From Crocinitomicaceae bacterium (lineage in GTDB: Bacteria; Bacteroidota; Bacteroidia; Flavobacteriales_D; Crocinitomicaceae): 64,000 bases of DNA. The translations under genes and the position numbers were made by a program. Position 1 is the stretch's first letter; each line of letters starts with the position of its first letter. Positions 50,585 to 62,883 of this stretch are shown piece by piece. Below the pieces are notes generated by a model. The model saw only the letters and a list, made by a program, of their open reading frames with translations. It searched no databases and was not told where the DNA came from. Location: positions 11-64,010 of the forward strand of contig DAISYB010000020.1 of the NCBI GenBank assembly GCA_036825545.1, in the 5' to 3' direction.

Positions 50585-51585
50585 AAAGGGAAATATTGAT
50601 CGATCAGAGATTTGAATTTATTCACTGCATTTGCCATTCCTTCATGGCTAATTCCACCAGCTGCATATTTGTGTCCACCACCTTCAAAGTGATCCGATGC
50701 CAATTGATTAACAACGTAATTGCCTTTTGAGCGAAACGAAATCTTCACGACTCCATCTTTTTCCGAAAAGAATACAGCCACCATGATTCCCTCAACAGAC
50801 AGTGCCTGATTCACCAAACCATCCGTATCTCCTTTGCGGTAATTGAATCGATCCAATTCACTCGCTGTCATTGAAATATAAGCTATCGGTCGCGCAGGTA
50901 TCAACTCAAGTTTTTCACTCAACGCATAACCACGAAGTTTCAAGCGATCAATTGTGTTTGTATCAAAAACTTTTTCATGAACAGCAAAGTGTAATACTCC
51001 CAAACGGAGCAAATGCGCTAGCATGTCATGTGTCTCAGGGCGTACTGATGGATAACGGAAAGAACCTGTATCTGTCATGGTACCCAAATACAATGGAGTA
51101 CCAATCTGTACATCTAACACGTCCTTGTTTCCTGAGCCAACAATGAATTCATACACCAGTTCAGAGGTCGATGCTACGTGAGTGTTTGAAAGAATATGAT
51201 CAAAATAAGACAGGTCAGGATCAAGGTGATGATCAATAACTATTTTGACACCCTGAAAACTGCGCAACAAGGGTTCCATTTCTTGCCCTACTCTTCCCGG
51301 TGCATTAAAATCCAGACAGATTAACACGTTTGCTTCTAACACTAATTGTTCGACTTTTTCACGATGTGATTCGTGCACATGAATCTGATCGGCGCCATCC
51401 ACCCACAGCAAAAACTCAGGTGCCGGATCGGGGTGACAAACACTTACCTCTTTTCCAATTTTACGCAGAAAATGGTACATCCCCAATGAGGAACCAATCG
51501 AATCTCCATCAGGCGACTTGTGAGAAACGATTACAATTTTTTTGGCGTCCTGAATGGCCGAATGGATCTCTTGGTAGATCTGCAT
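50581..51585 (-). CDS. nrnA: DHH-family phosphoesterase (NrnA-like oligoribonuclease / pAp phosphatase)
   Basis: SHKSPDGDSIGS, VIDHH, GTMTDTGSF, and GGGHKYAAGG. Confidence 0.8.
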   Translation of the reverse strand: MQIYQEIHSAIQDAKKIVIVSHKSPDGDSIGSSLGMYHFLRKIGKEVSVCHPDPAPEFLLWVDGADQIHVHESHREKVEQLVLEANVLICLDFNAPGRVGQEMEPLLRSFQGVKIVIDHHLDPDLSYFDHILSNTHVASTSELVYEFIVGSGNKDVLDVQIGTPLYLGTMTDTGSFRYPSVRPETHDMLAHLLRLGVLHFAVHEKVFDTNTIDRLKLRGYALSEKLELIPARPIAYISMTASELDRFNYRKGDTDGLVNQALSVEGIMVAVFFSEKDGVVKISFRSKGNYVVNQLASDHFEGGGHKYAAGGISHEGMANAVNKFKSLIDQYFPL

Positions 51586-51621
51586 GTGTTCAATAATTCA
51601 AATTAAGTGATCAGTTACAGA

Positions 51622-52492
51622 TCACGAAAGTATTTTTTTAGTCTCTGCCGTAATTCGTGAACGAAGTCCCTCTGAAACAGGATACAAAGGCAAGCGCATT
51701 GTTTCATCCATAATTCCACGAACGTTCATTGCCACTTTCACTCCACCCGGATTTCCTTCCTCGAAGAACATTTTGGTCACCGGCAACAGATCGTAATGCT
51801 CCTTTCGTGCTGTTGACAGATCACCATCCAAAGAAGCATGAACCATTTTCGAAAACTTCTCCGGAAAGGCATTTGCCACAACCGAGATCACACCGTCCGC
51901 ACCTGCAGCGATCAAAGGCATCGTAATAGCGTCATCACCTGACAACAGACCAAAGCCATCCGGTTTCAAACGAATGATCTCCATGATCTGCTCCATGCTT
52001 CCTGATGCCTCTTTCATCGCCACAATGTTATCGATTTTCGCCAGTTCCAGTGTAGTCTCAGGAGTCATGTTCGACCCCGTTCTACCCGGGACATTGTACA
52101 AAATGATCGGCAATATCGTGCATTTCGCAATGTATTTGTAATGTTCGATGATCCCTTTCTGGATTGGCTTGTTATAATAGGGAGAAACGGACAAGATCCC
52201 GTCTACTCCGGCAGGCACTTTTTTTAAGGTCTCACCGACAGCAATGGTATTGTTCCCTCCAACTCCATAAACAATCTTTAAACGCCCTTTGTTCTCATCG
52301 ATCACTGTTTGCAGCAACTCCATTTTCTCTTCTTGAGAAAGAGTTGGAGATTCACCTGTTGTACCTTGTACAACAAGAAAATCTGTACCGCCATCGATCT
52401 GCATACGCACCAACTTGCGGACAGCATCGTGATCAATTGTCATGTCACTTTTGAAAGGTGTCACCAATGCAACACCGGAACCTGTAAAGGGA

Positions 52493-52500
<8 letters not shown>
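51622..52500 (-). CDS. dapA: 4-hydroxy-tetrahydrodipicolinate synthase
   Basis: GSGVALVTPF, VVQGTTGES, YNVPGRTG, and IVAMKEASG. The internal ATG at 52500 is preferred as the start. Confidence 0.95.
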
Positions 52501-54990
<2,490 letters not shown>

Positions 54991-55169
54991 TTAGGGAGAA
55001 ATGCAGTTAAAAAAATAAATTTCATTCACGACTTATCAGTCTCTCGTTGTGAATTAATGAATCCAAAGTGATCCAAATCAATCAAAAACATGACTTTCAT
55101 CATTTTCGTTGGAATTCAGTATGACCAATCTTAATTTGGCTTTCAGAAACTCAAAGAAATCGAAATCCC

Positions 55170-55976
55170 ATGAAAATCAGAAACAAGGTCATCGCAATCA
55201 CCGGATCAGGTAGTGGAATAGGTCGCGAATTAGCCATACAATTTGTCAATAAAGGAGCAAAAGTCGCTTTAATAGATATAAATGAAGACACTTTAAAAGA
55301 AACTGCAGTGCTTTGCGGAAACGCGTCTACCTCGATCCATGTACTCTCTATTGCGGATCAGGCGGCTGTAAATGCGTTACCAGAGAAGGTCATTGCTGCA
55401 CACGGTCAGGTAGACGCGATCATCAACAACGCAGGGATCATCCAGCCTTTTGTTGACGTGATTGATCTCGATTTCAACGTGATTGATCGTGTGATGAACA
55501 TCAATTTCATGGGGACAGTCTACATGACGAAAGCCTTCTTGCCACATTTGCTCAAAAGACAGGATGCACACATTGTAAACGTAGCCAGCATGGGTGGATT
55601 TATCCCTTTTCCTGGTCAAACTGTTTACAGCGCATCGAAGGCAGCAATGAAAACCTTTACCGAGGGACTGTATGGCGAACTAAAAGAAACGAATGTCGGT
55701 GTTACGATCATTTTGCCAGGAGCAGTAGATACAAATATCATGTCCAATTCAGGATTAGTAACAAAGGAGGAAGAAGCGAAATCTAAAGAAAATAGCGCGA
55801 TGAAAGGCTTATCTACAGAGAAGGCAGCTGCGATCATGATTAAAGCGATTAAAGGAAATAAATTGAGAGTCTTAGTAGGAAGTGACGCCCGTTTTCTGGA
55901 TTTCTTGTACCGATTAGCTCCACGTTTTGCTGTTAATTTTATCGTGAAGCAAATGGCGAAGTATAAGAAGAAGTAA
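55170..55976 (+). CDS. SDR-family oxidoreductase
   Basis: ITGSGSGIGRE, NNAG, and YSASKAA. Confidence 0.85.
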   Translation: MKIRNKVIAITGSGSGIGRELAIQFVNKGAKVALIDINEDTLKETAVLCGNASTSIHVLSIADQAAVNALPEKVIAAHGQVDAIINNAGIIQPFVDVIDLDFNVIDRVMNINFMGTVYMTKAFLPHLLKRQDAHIVNVASMGGFIPFPGQTVYSASKAAMKTFTEGLYGELKETNVGVTIILPGAVDTNIMSNSGLVTKEEEAKSKENSAMKGLSTEKAAAIMIKAIKGNKLRVLVGSDARFLDFLYRLAPRFAVNFIVKQMAKYKKK

Positions 55977-56081
55977 GGAATAGACGATAAGATTTTTATG
56001 GGGCTTTTGTCATGGTTTTTATTCATAAACACACGCCAAAAGCCAAAGACTTTTTCGATTAACACTCGGGTTAATCATATT

Positions 56082-56110
56082 GAACCCCTCTGGGGTTCGA
56101 TTGTTTGTTT
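56082..56110 (+). terminator. Possible intrinsic terminator
   Basis: gaacccc (56082-56088) pairs with ggggttc (56092-56098). A T-rich tail gattgtttgttt follows. Confidence 0.45.
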
Positions 56111-56186
56111 ACTAGAATTAACTTCAACTTGTTAGTCTCTAATTTCAAGTAAAATCAACTAAGAATATTTATCTTCAACCTCTCGA

Positions 56187-56194
56187 TATCTTTG
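56187..56194 (+). promoter_or_regulatory. Candidate -7 box TATCTTTG
   Basis: TAnnTTTG match 16 nt upstream of the ATG at 56211. Confidence 0.4.
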
Positions 56195-56210
56195 TCAAAT
56201 TTTATCAATT

Positions 56211-57224
56211 ATGCCAAAAATCCTTTATTGCATTTTTATTGCATCGTCCTTAACTTCCATGTTATTCTCTCAGAGAATAATCACCTCTGACGGTAAAGAT
56301 ATGGGACAAGTTTCATATTTTCTAGAGCCATGTATCAATAACATTAGTTCAAATCTTCTTGAACAAGGAATAAATATAAATCCGGAAAAATTTTGCCATT
56401 GTATTGCTGAAGAATTAATTCCGGTTTTAACTAAAAAAGAAAATGAATATTTTTTCTTTCAAGACCACATGGTTGAACTATTTTCAAATCCTAAGTCAAG
56501 CCCAATTTTAATAAATTGTATCAAATCAAATTTAAAGTTGGACGCAAACACAGTCGTTGATTTTAAATCCATTGAGGATAGTATTGAAGGACCAAAAATT
56601 TTAGACATTTGTGTAAGTACCTTTTTCAGTTTTGATTTAGAGCAATTTGTCAGTAGAGAACAATCTCTAGAGTATTGCAAATGTGTACATCAAACTTTTC
56701 CTTCTAAAAAATACACCTATAGTGAACTAGTTGAAAACAAGGGGTTCAGGGGTAGAAATGCAGCTATGGATAAAGCAAAATGCATGTCATTTGCCTTATA
56801 TGGCGATTCGTCAATTTGGAACTCTTCAAACAGTCTAACCCAAGGTCCAAGTGGAAAAATAAATATTAAAATTGATCCAAATAATTTTATTGGCATTCAA
56901 ATTGGCTCAAAAGAGCACTTAATTAAGATAAATTTGAGTGCTCAAGAATCTCAATTAAGTAAAGAAATTGAAAACGAACTTACCATTTTGGGACTATTCA
57001 ACTCATCAAATTCTTACGGTGAAGTTAACATTAAGAAGAATAATGGTGAAGAAACCTTAGGTAATATTTACTCTTTGCCTTCAGCAAAAATAGGTCCTTT
57101 TATCATACATGATATTCCTGTCATCATTGTTAGTGATGACTTTTATTTAGGGGCATCTTTTTTTCAAAACTTTAACCTTGTTGAACTAAACCAAGAGAAT
57201 GGATTTCTTATTCTTGAAAAATAG
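56211..57224 (+). CDS. Hypothetical secreted protein; the C-terminal region may be retropepsin-like
   Basis: It has a signal peptide and is noticeably AT-rich. The C-terminal segment ..IGPFIIHDIPVIIVSDDFYLGASFFQNFNLVELNQENGFLIL resembles the ends of bacterial retropepsin-like domains. The evidence is weak. Confidence 0.4.
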   Translation: MPKILYCIFIASSLTSMLFSQRIITSDGKDMGQVSYFLEPCINNISSNLLEQGININPEKFCHCIAEELIPVLTKKENEYFFFQDHMVELFSNPKSSPILINCIKSNLKLDANTVVDFKSIEDSIEGPKILDICVSTFFSFDLEQFVSREQSLEYCKCVHQTFPSKKYTYSELVENKGFRGRNAAMDKAKCMSFALYGDSSIWNSSNSLTQGPSGKINIKIDPNNFIGIQIGSKEHLIKINLSAQESQLSKEIENELTILGLFNSSNSYGEVNIKKNNGEETLGNIYSLPSAKIGPFIIHDIPVIIVSDDFYLGASFFQNFNLVELNQENGFLILEK

Positions 57225-57234
57225 ATGTAACACA

Positions 57235-58131
57235 TTAATAAGATGAACCAACAAATACTGAACGCACCGCCTTAACCATTCGGTCTTTACCCTGCATGTC
57301 CTTTCTGACTTCGACAGAGAAATAGTTCTCGGTTTGCAACAACTGAACAACTGCATCTGCCAGGTCTTCATGGATCTCAAAATAAAGCGACCCACCTTTT
57401 TTGAGGTATTTTTTTCCTTGCTGAGCGATTACGCGGTAAAAGAGCAAAGGGTCATGATCGTCAACAAAAAGAGCCATGTGAGGTTCGTGTTCCAATACAT
57501 TTTCAGCCATTGAAGATCTGTCAGCAAAAGGAATATAAGGTGGATTGGAAACCCAAACGTCAAAAGACGATGCTTCGAATCCAGAATAAGTTGCAGGTTC
57601 AAGCAGGTCCAACTCAAGCCATTCCACTCCCAAACCAAGCAAAACAGTATTTTCTTCGGCTAAATTCAGTGCATCTTTGGAAACATCCACTCCGATAATT
57701 TTTGAATCTGTGAGTGCTGAACTCAAAGCCAGTGCAATGCAACCTGAACCGGTGCACAGGTCAATTACTTTTAATTCCTTTCGATCAGAATGATCTTCAA
57801 GGATCCATCGCACCAATTCTTCTGTTTCAGGACGAGGAATTAAAGCCCGATTGTCCGTTTTGATCGTTAAGCCGTAAAAATCGGTATGTCCGATAATATA
57901 TTGAAAGGGCTCATTAGCTTGAAGTCGCTTGACAATACTTCGAAAATACAAGAGATCCGATTCAGAGAGCAGGTGTCTATCACTCAGTAAATAATCCGCT
58001 GAAGACAATTTCAAACGCTCACAAACGGCTGTTTTGAGCATTTGTCGGATCTCACTTTCAGAGAATTGATCCTGCAGTCGCTCCCTAAAATAGCTTTTAA
58101 CAGCTTCAACAGTATTGGTTTGAACGAACAT
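57235..58131 (-). CDS. prmC: Release factor glutamine N5-methyltransferase
   Basis: DLCTGSGCIA and VSNPPYI. Confidence 0.9.
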   Translation of the reverse strand: MFVQTNTVEAVKSYFRERLQDQFSESEIRQMLKTAVCERLKLSSADYLLSDRHLLSESDLLYFRSIVKRLQANEPFQYIIGHTDFYGLTIKTDNRALIPRPETEELVRWILEDHSDRKELKVIDLCTGSGCIALALSSALTDSKIIGVDVSKDALNLAEENTVLLGLGVEWLELDLLEPATYSGFEASSFDVWVSNPPYIPFADRSSMAENVLEHEPHMALFVDDHDPLLFYRVIAQQGKKYLKKGGSLYFEIHEDLADAVVQLLQTENYFSVEVRKDMQGKDRMVKAVRSVFVGSSY

Positions 58132-58162
58132 TTAACACCGATTTTAGAGATTAAAAATTCAA

Positions 58163-58771
58163 TTAATGTTTGAGATCTTCAGAACTATCTTTGAAGAAGA
58201 TATCAATAAAAATTCGCATTAACACCACTCCCGCTAACACAATTTGAACCTTTAATGTTGTTCCTAGTGAGTTTGCATCAATAAAATGCAAAATTATAAA
58301 TGCAACTATCATCGTTCCAGAGATCAACAAATAATGAATCATTAATTTCTGCCTTAAAACCAATTCACGATAAAGGATGTCCGGCAGCAACCTTAAATTT
58401 ATCCAATGGAAAAGCGGTAAGAGAAAAAGAGAAAAGATAAACTCTTCTGAAAACAGGAAAAGAATACTATCTTCCAATTCGAACTTAGGCAACAAGAATT
58501 TAAAAATCAAGCCAAGAAAAATTCCCTGCATTGTGATATACGCGAGATGACCAAATACAATACTGAGTAGGTCAGGTATTTTCCTGAAGGATTTTGGGTG
58601 TTTTAGTTGAGCAAAAATTCGAATAAAAAAATACAGTAAAAAAATCACGTTGGTCTCCAGAAGCAATACAAAAAAGATATTCTGAACTGGCCATTCATAG
58701 AGGAGATTAGCAAGATAGAACCAAACATAGGAGCCTACGATCAAAAGATTGGATTGAGAGAGAAAACGCAA
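58163..58771 (-). CDS. Hypothetical multi-pass membrane protein
   Basis: Intact 202-aa ORF with about six hydrophobic segments. I recognise no motif. Confidence 0.45.
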   Translation of the reverse strand: MRFLSQSNLLIVGSYVWFYLANLLYEWPVQNIFFVLLLETNVIFLLYFFIRIFAQLKHPKSFRKIPDLLSIVFGHLAYITMQGIFLGLIFKFLLPKFELEDSILFLFSEEFIFSLFLLPLFHWINLRLLPDILYRELVLRQKLMIHYLLISGTMIVAFIILHFIDANSLGTTLKVQIVLAGVVLMRIFIDIFFKDSSEDLKH

Positions 58772-58776
58772 AATAA

Positions 58777-59607
58777 TTATTGGTTCTTGAGTAGCGAAAT
58801 CCTCAAATACGATTTAATTTCTTTCAATGGAATCTCAATTCCCGGCATTCCCATCACATAAGGGGCTACTTCGTACTGATTGTAAATGAAGATCATCTTC
58901 TCCCCATCAAAATAGAAATTCTCAGAGCAATAAAAACCGTCCTCAAACCAGTAACCGGCATCTGTCAACGATTGGGATGGATCGATCTCGTTTGTCTTGC
59001 GAAAGTATTTTTCGGCGATCTTGGTAAACCCCTTCAGGTCTGCGACAATGTCTTTCAATTTCAGCACTTTTCCACTTTCTCTATCGATTAGATCGTAGGT
59101 CATATATACACTGCCATGTGCGCCACCAGAGTATACCTCCTGTCCGGTTGATAAGACTACAAAATCCCTGTACGACTCATCGATCGTGTTTCCTTGATCG
59201 ATGTACCACATCGACATATCCGGAATTTCTTTCATTCCTTCCAAGTATTCTTTCTTGAAACCTTCCAATTGTTCCTTGAACCATTCCACTTTGATTCTTC
59301 CAAGTTTTTTATACGCTTCCTTGTTTTGAATCAGTACCCTTTCAATGATCAGTTCATTCACTTTCTTCTCATAAAGCAATAGATCATCAGTCGGATCATA
59401 AAACATATAAGCTATGTGACATTCAGAGGTGTTTTTTGGATCTGACGGATCCTTTAGAACAGTCATATACTCCCCACTTTTTAATCGAGGCAGAATCGAA
59501 TCTTCAGCAACTTCAAGTTGATCTTGCTCTTGATCCAATGGATCATTTACATCTGAAGAAGATGAACAGGCACTGAGAATAAAGAAAAGAAATAAAAAGC
59601 GGATCAT
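58777..59607 (-). CDS. DUF3298/DUF4163-type lipoprotein (RsiV/PdaC-like fold)
   Basis: The lipobox is ILSAC, and YSGGAHGS is the family hallmark. The ATG at 59607 overlaps the lgt stop (ATGA). Confidence 0.7.
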   Translation of the reverse strand: MIRFLFLFFILSACSSSSDVNDPLDQEQDQLEVAEDSILPRLKSGEYMTVLKDPSDPKNTSECHIAYMFYDPTDDLLLYEKKVNELIIERVLIQNKEAYKKLGRIKVEWFKEQLEGFKKEYLEGMKEIPDMSMWYIDQGNTIDESYRDFVVLSTGQEVYSGGAHGSVYMTYDLIDRESGKVLKLKDIVADLKGFTKIAEKYFRKTNEIDPSQSLTDAGYWFEDGFYCSENFYFDGEKMIFIYNQYEVAPYVMGMPGIEIPLKEIKSYLRISLLKNQ

Positions 59608-60476
59608 GAATTGGCCGTTTTTTTCTTGAGTGCTGACCAGATCAAATAGATTCCTGTCAAAACGAGCGGTACACTCAACCATTGCCCGGTATTCAATCCG
59701 GTCATAGCTGCAATTTTATCGTCCGTTTCGGATTGACCAAGTTTGAAAAATTCTACCAGTATTCGTGCACCAAAAACGAGGATCAGAAAAGCACCAAAAA
59801 CAACTCCCGGTTTTTTCCAAAGATCTCTTTTCCAATACAAAAACATCAAAACTAAGAAGCCGATGAAATAACATATTGCCTCGTACAATTGAGCAGGATG
59901 ACGCACGGGTATACTTTCCCATGTCCCGTCAAACAAGTGACGGTCGTGCTCCAGAAAACGGAATCCCCAAGGAACATTCGTTTCATATCCAACCATTTCG
60001 TGATTAACCAAATTCCCTAAACGAATAAATGTTCCTCCTATAGCAATTGGAGCTGAAATGCGGTCCAACGTCCACAAATAGGGTTTTTGGACAATCTTTT
60101 TGGAGTAGTACCACAATGCCAATAAAATAGCAATTGCTGCACCATGACTAGCTAAACCACCTTCCCATACTTTGAAAATATCTAATGGATGAGAAAAGTA
60201 ACCTCGTTCCAGTAAAAAACCTTGTGGGTCGTACAAGTCAAACCAAGGACCATAGAACAAAACATGTCCCAATCGGGCACCCACAATTGTAGGAACAACC
60301 ATAAAAAGCACCAGCTTATCCAAAGCATCATTGGAAATACCCTCCTTTTTGTACATGCGTTTTACAACGAAATAACCCAGAACTAATCCGGTCACAAAGA
60401 GGATTCCATACCAGTTTGGCGTTTTATAGCCTTCGATCAGCTCTGCGCTGAAATCCCAGTTAATTGCTGCGATCAC
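59604..60476 (-). CDS. lgt: Prolipoprotein diacylglyceryl transferase
   Basis: GARLGHV, GGLASHGA, and IGRLGN-like (FIRLGNLVNHE). Confidence 0.92.
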   Translation of the reverse strand: MIAAINWDFSAELIEGYKTPNWYGILFVTGLVLGYFVVKRMYKKEGISNDALDKLVLFMVVPTIVGARLGHVLFYGPWFDLYDPQGFLLERGYFSHPLDIFKVWEGGLASHGAAIAILLALWYYSKKIVQKPYLWTLDRISAPIAIGGTFIRLGNLVNHEMVGYETNVPWGFRFLEHDRHLFDGTWESIPVRHPAQLYEAICYFIGFLVLMFLYWKRDLWKKPGVVFGAFLILVFGARILVEFFKLGQSETDDKIAAMTGLNTGQWLSVPLVLTGIYLIWSALKKKTANS

Positions 60477-61561
60477 TTGTTATCTACTTTAATAATTTCG
60501 ATTAAAGATAATGGTTTTTCCTTCTGAAGTTTGAACTGTAATTTTTCAGAGCGACCTTTTTTGAAGATCTTATTGGAAACAACCTTGCCTTTTCGCAGTG
60601 CTTTTTGCTCTTCTTCCGGTAAATGGATCACATGTTGACATTCATCTGAACAACAATTTTCCATTTTCGTTTTACAGGTATCGCATTGAATGAACAATAA
60701 GTGACAAGCGTCATTTGCGCAATTCGTATGAACGTCGGCAGGTGAACCACATTGGTGACAAACGGAGATAACATCTTCAGTCACACGCTCACCTCGTCGC
60801 TCATCGAATACAAAGTTCTTTCCAATGAATTTATTTTCAAGTCCTTTTTCTCTGCAATCATTGGCGTATTTGATGATCCCACCTTCCAACTGATGTACTT
60901 TATTGAATCCACGGTGCTTGAACCATGCCGATGCTTTTTCACAGCGGATTCCACCCGTACAATACATAACAATGTTCTTATCCTCATTCCCTTTGAGGTA
61001 TTCTTCTTCAATGAATGGTAATGATTCACGAAAAGTATCCACATCAGGTAAAATCGCACCTTTGAAGTGTCCAACTTCCCATTCATAATGATTTCTGAAA
61101 TCAATCAAGATGGTATTTGGATCATCGGTGATCTTGTTAAAATCCTCTGCTTCTAGGTGAACACCTTTGTTTGTGACGTCAAATGTTTGATCATTGAGTC
61201 CGTCAGCAAGAATTTTCTCGCGAACCTTGATCTTCAACTTCAGAAAAGGAAATTCAGCTTCTGCATCATCTACTGCGTAATTCAAGCGAATTCCATTCAA
61301 AAAATCGATTTGATACAGTTCTTCTCTAAATTGATCCAGATTATTAACCGGTACTGCGATTTGCGCATTGATTCCCTCTTTGGCGACATAGGTTCTACCT
61401 ACGACATCTAAATTCGACCACATTTGAAAAAGGTGATCTCTGAATAAACGAGGATTCGCAATGTGTGCATACTGATAAAAAGAAATAGTAACGAAACGAT
61501 ACCCTTTCTCTCTTAACTGCACTACGAGATCCTCTTTACTTAACGTATTCCACAGTTGCAT
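60473..61561 (-). CDS. trhO: Rhodanese-domain tRNA U34 hydroxylase (UPF0176/YceA family)
   Basis: VTISFYQY and CTGGIRCEKA, plus a Cys-rich C-terminal extension. Confidence 0.85.
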   Translation of the reverse strand: MQLWNTLSKEDLVVQLREKGYRFVTISFYQYAHIANPRLFRDHLFQMWSNLDVVGRTYVAKEGINAQIAVPVNNLDQFREELYQIDFLNGIRLNYAVDDAEAEFPFLKLKIKVREKILADGLNDQTFDVTNKGVHLEAEDFNKITDDPNTILIDFRNHYEWEVGHFKGAILPDVDTFRESLPFIEEEYLKGNEDKNIVMYCTGGIRCEKASAWFKHRGFNKVHQLEGGIIKYANDCREKGLENKFIGKNFVFDERRGERVTEDVISVCHQCGSPADVHTNCANDACHLLFIQCDTCKTKMENCCSDECQHVIHLPEEEQKALRKGKVVSNKIFKKGRSEKLQFKLQKEKPLSLIEIIKVDNK

Positions 61562-61652
61562 GCTATGCTGAATTAAATAAAAAGTGATGCAAAAGTAGGG
61601 AGAATTACGTTTAGGACGAAAAAAGCATGAAAAATGAAGTATATTCGTAGCA

Positions 61653-62246
61653 ATGAAGCGTCTGATCTCATTTATTCCAATTTATCTATTGCTTATTGCA
61701 GCAAACTGTTCCGGAGCATACACCCCGTCGAAAAAGATTTTAGAATCGAATAAAATGAATTTTCCTGATTTGGAAAAAAGGGCTCATGCCTCTTTCAGTT
61801 ACCAGTTATCCTCCCTGTTCACAGATGCCTATTCAGATCATTTTGTTCTGAAGTCAAACGCAACGACCAAATCGATAAACGATCTCAATATTTTCTTCAG
61901 CATTGAGACATTTGACCGCAATGATATTGAAACGATTCGGTTTTTGAACGAAACAGACCAGTCTGATTTGGAATTGATTCACGACTATTATATCGGAATG
62001 AGGCAGAGCTCTCTCGCTTACAACACGCTTTCACTTCGCAAGAAACTAAAAGGGAAATCAACTTTCCCTGGCTACATTCAACACGTCATCGGTAAAAACA
62101 AATACGAGACAAAAAGCATGATCTACATGATTTCAACAGTTGAAATTGACGGTGCATATCACGTTTTCCAATTAATTGGTCCAAAAGACAACATGGGTTA
62201 TTTTCATGATGATTTCTTGAAAATCTTGAACTCTATTGAAAAGTAG
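61653..62246 (+). CDS. Hypothetical lipoprotein
   Basis: The lipobox is IAANC. I recognise no other motif. Confidence 0.45.
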   Translation: MKRLISFIPIYLLLIAANCSGAYTPSKKILESNKMNFPDLEKRAHASFSYQLSSLFTDAYSDHFVLKSNATTKSINDLNIFFSIETFDRNDIETIRFLNETDQSDLELIHDYYIGMRQSSLAYNTLSLRKKLKGKSTFPGYIQHVIGKNKYETKSMIYMISTVEIDGAYHVFQLIGPKDNMGYFHDDFLKILNSIEK

Positions 62247-62247
62247 G

Positions 62248-62883
62248 ATGTATTCAGATAGGTACCTTGAAAAAATAAGAATGGCGTTTATTGAGGGTTT
62301 ACCGGGTGAAGCGTCTCACAAACGAATGGCCCCATTCAATCGTCCATTATCCAGTGAAGCACTTAAAACAGCAACAAATTACAAGGAATCCGCTGTTGCA
62401 GTAATCTGCTATCCCGTGGGTAATGAGATTCAGTGTATTCTAACCCAACGTCCTTTTTATGAAGGTGCACACAGTGGTCAGATCAGTTTTCCGGGAGGAA
62501 AATTTGAACCTGAAGATCGCGACAGTATTCAAACAGCATGCAGAGAATGTTTGGAAGAAATTGGTTTAGCTATTAATGAAATTCATCATATGGGAATGCT
62601 TACTGAGGTCTTTATTCCCGTCAGTAATTTTTTGGTTAAACCCCATTTCTTCTTTTATGATGAGATTCCCATTTTTCGACCTGACACACGAGAAGTCGCC
62701 GAAATAATCACTTTTTCCTTAAATGATCTGGAGGATGAAAACGTTATTTCCACCATGGAAATTCGTTTTCCAAATGGATTGATTCAGCGTAACGTTCCAT
62801 GCTTTCAGTTTGGGACGAAAAAAGTATGGGGAGCAACAGCACTCATATTGAATGAACTGAGAGAAATAATCATTAATGATTAA
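62248..62883 (+). CDS. NUDIX hydrolase (CoA pyrophosphatase-like)
   Basis: The Nudix box is GGKFEPEDRDSIQTACRECLEEIGL. The ATG at 62248 is 2 nt after the upstream stop. Confidence 0.8.
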   Translation: MYSDRYLEKIRMAFIEGLPGEASHKRMAPFNRPLSSEALKTATNYKESAVAVICYPVGNEIQCILTQRPFYEGAHSGQISFPGGKFEPEDRDSIQTACRECLEEIGLAINEIHHMGMLTEVFIPVSNFLVKPHFFFYDEIPIFRPDTREVAEIITFSLNDLEDENVISTMEIRFPNGLIQRNVPCFQFGTKKVWGATALILNELREIIIND

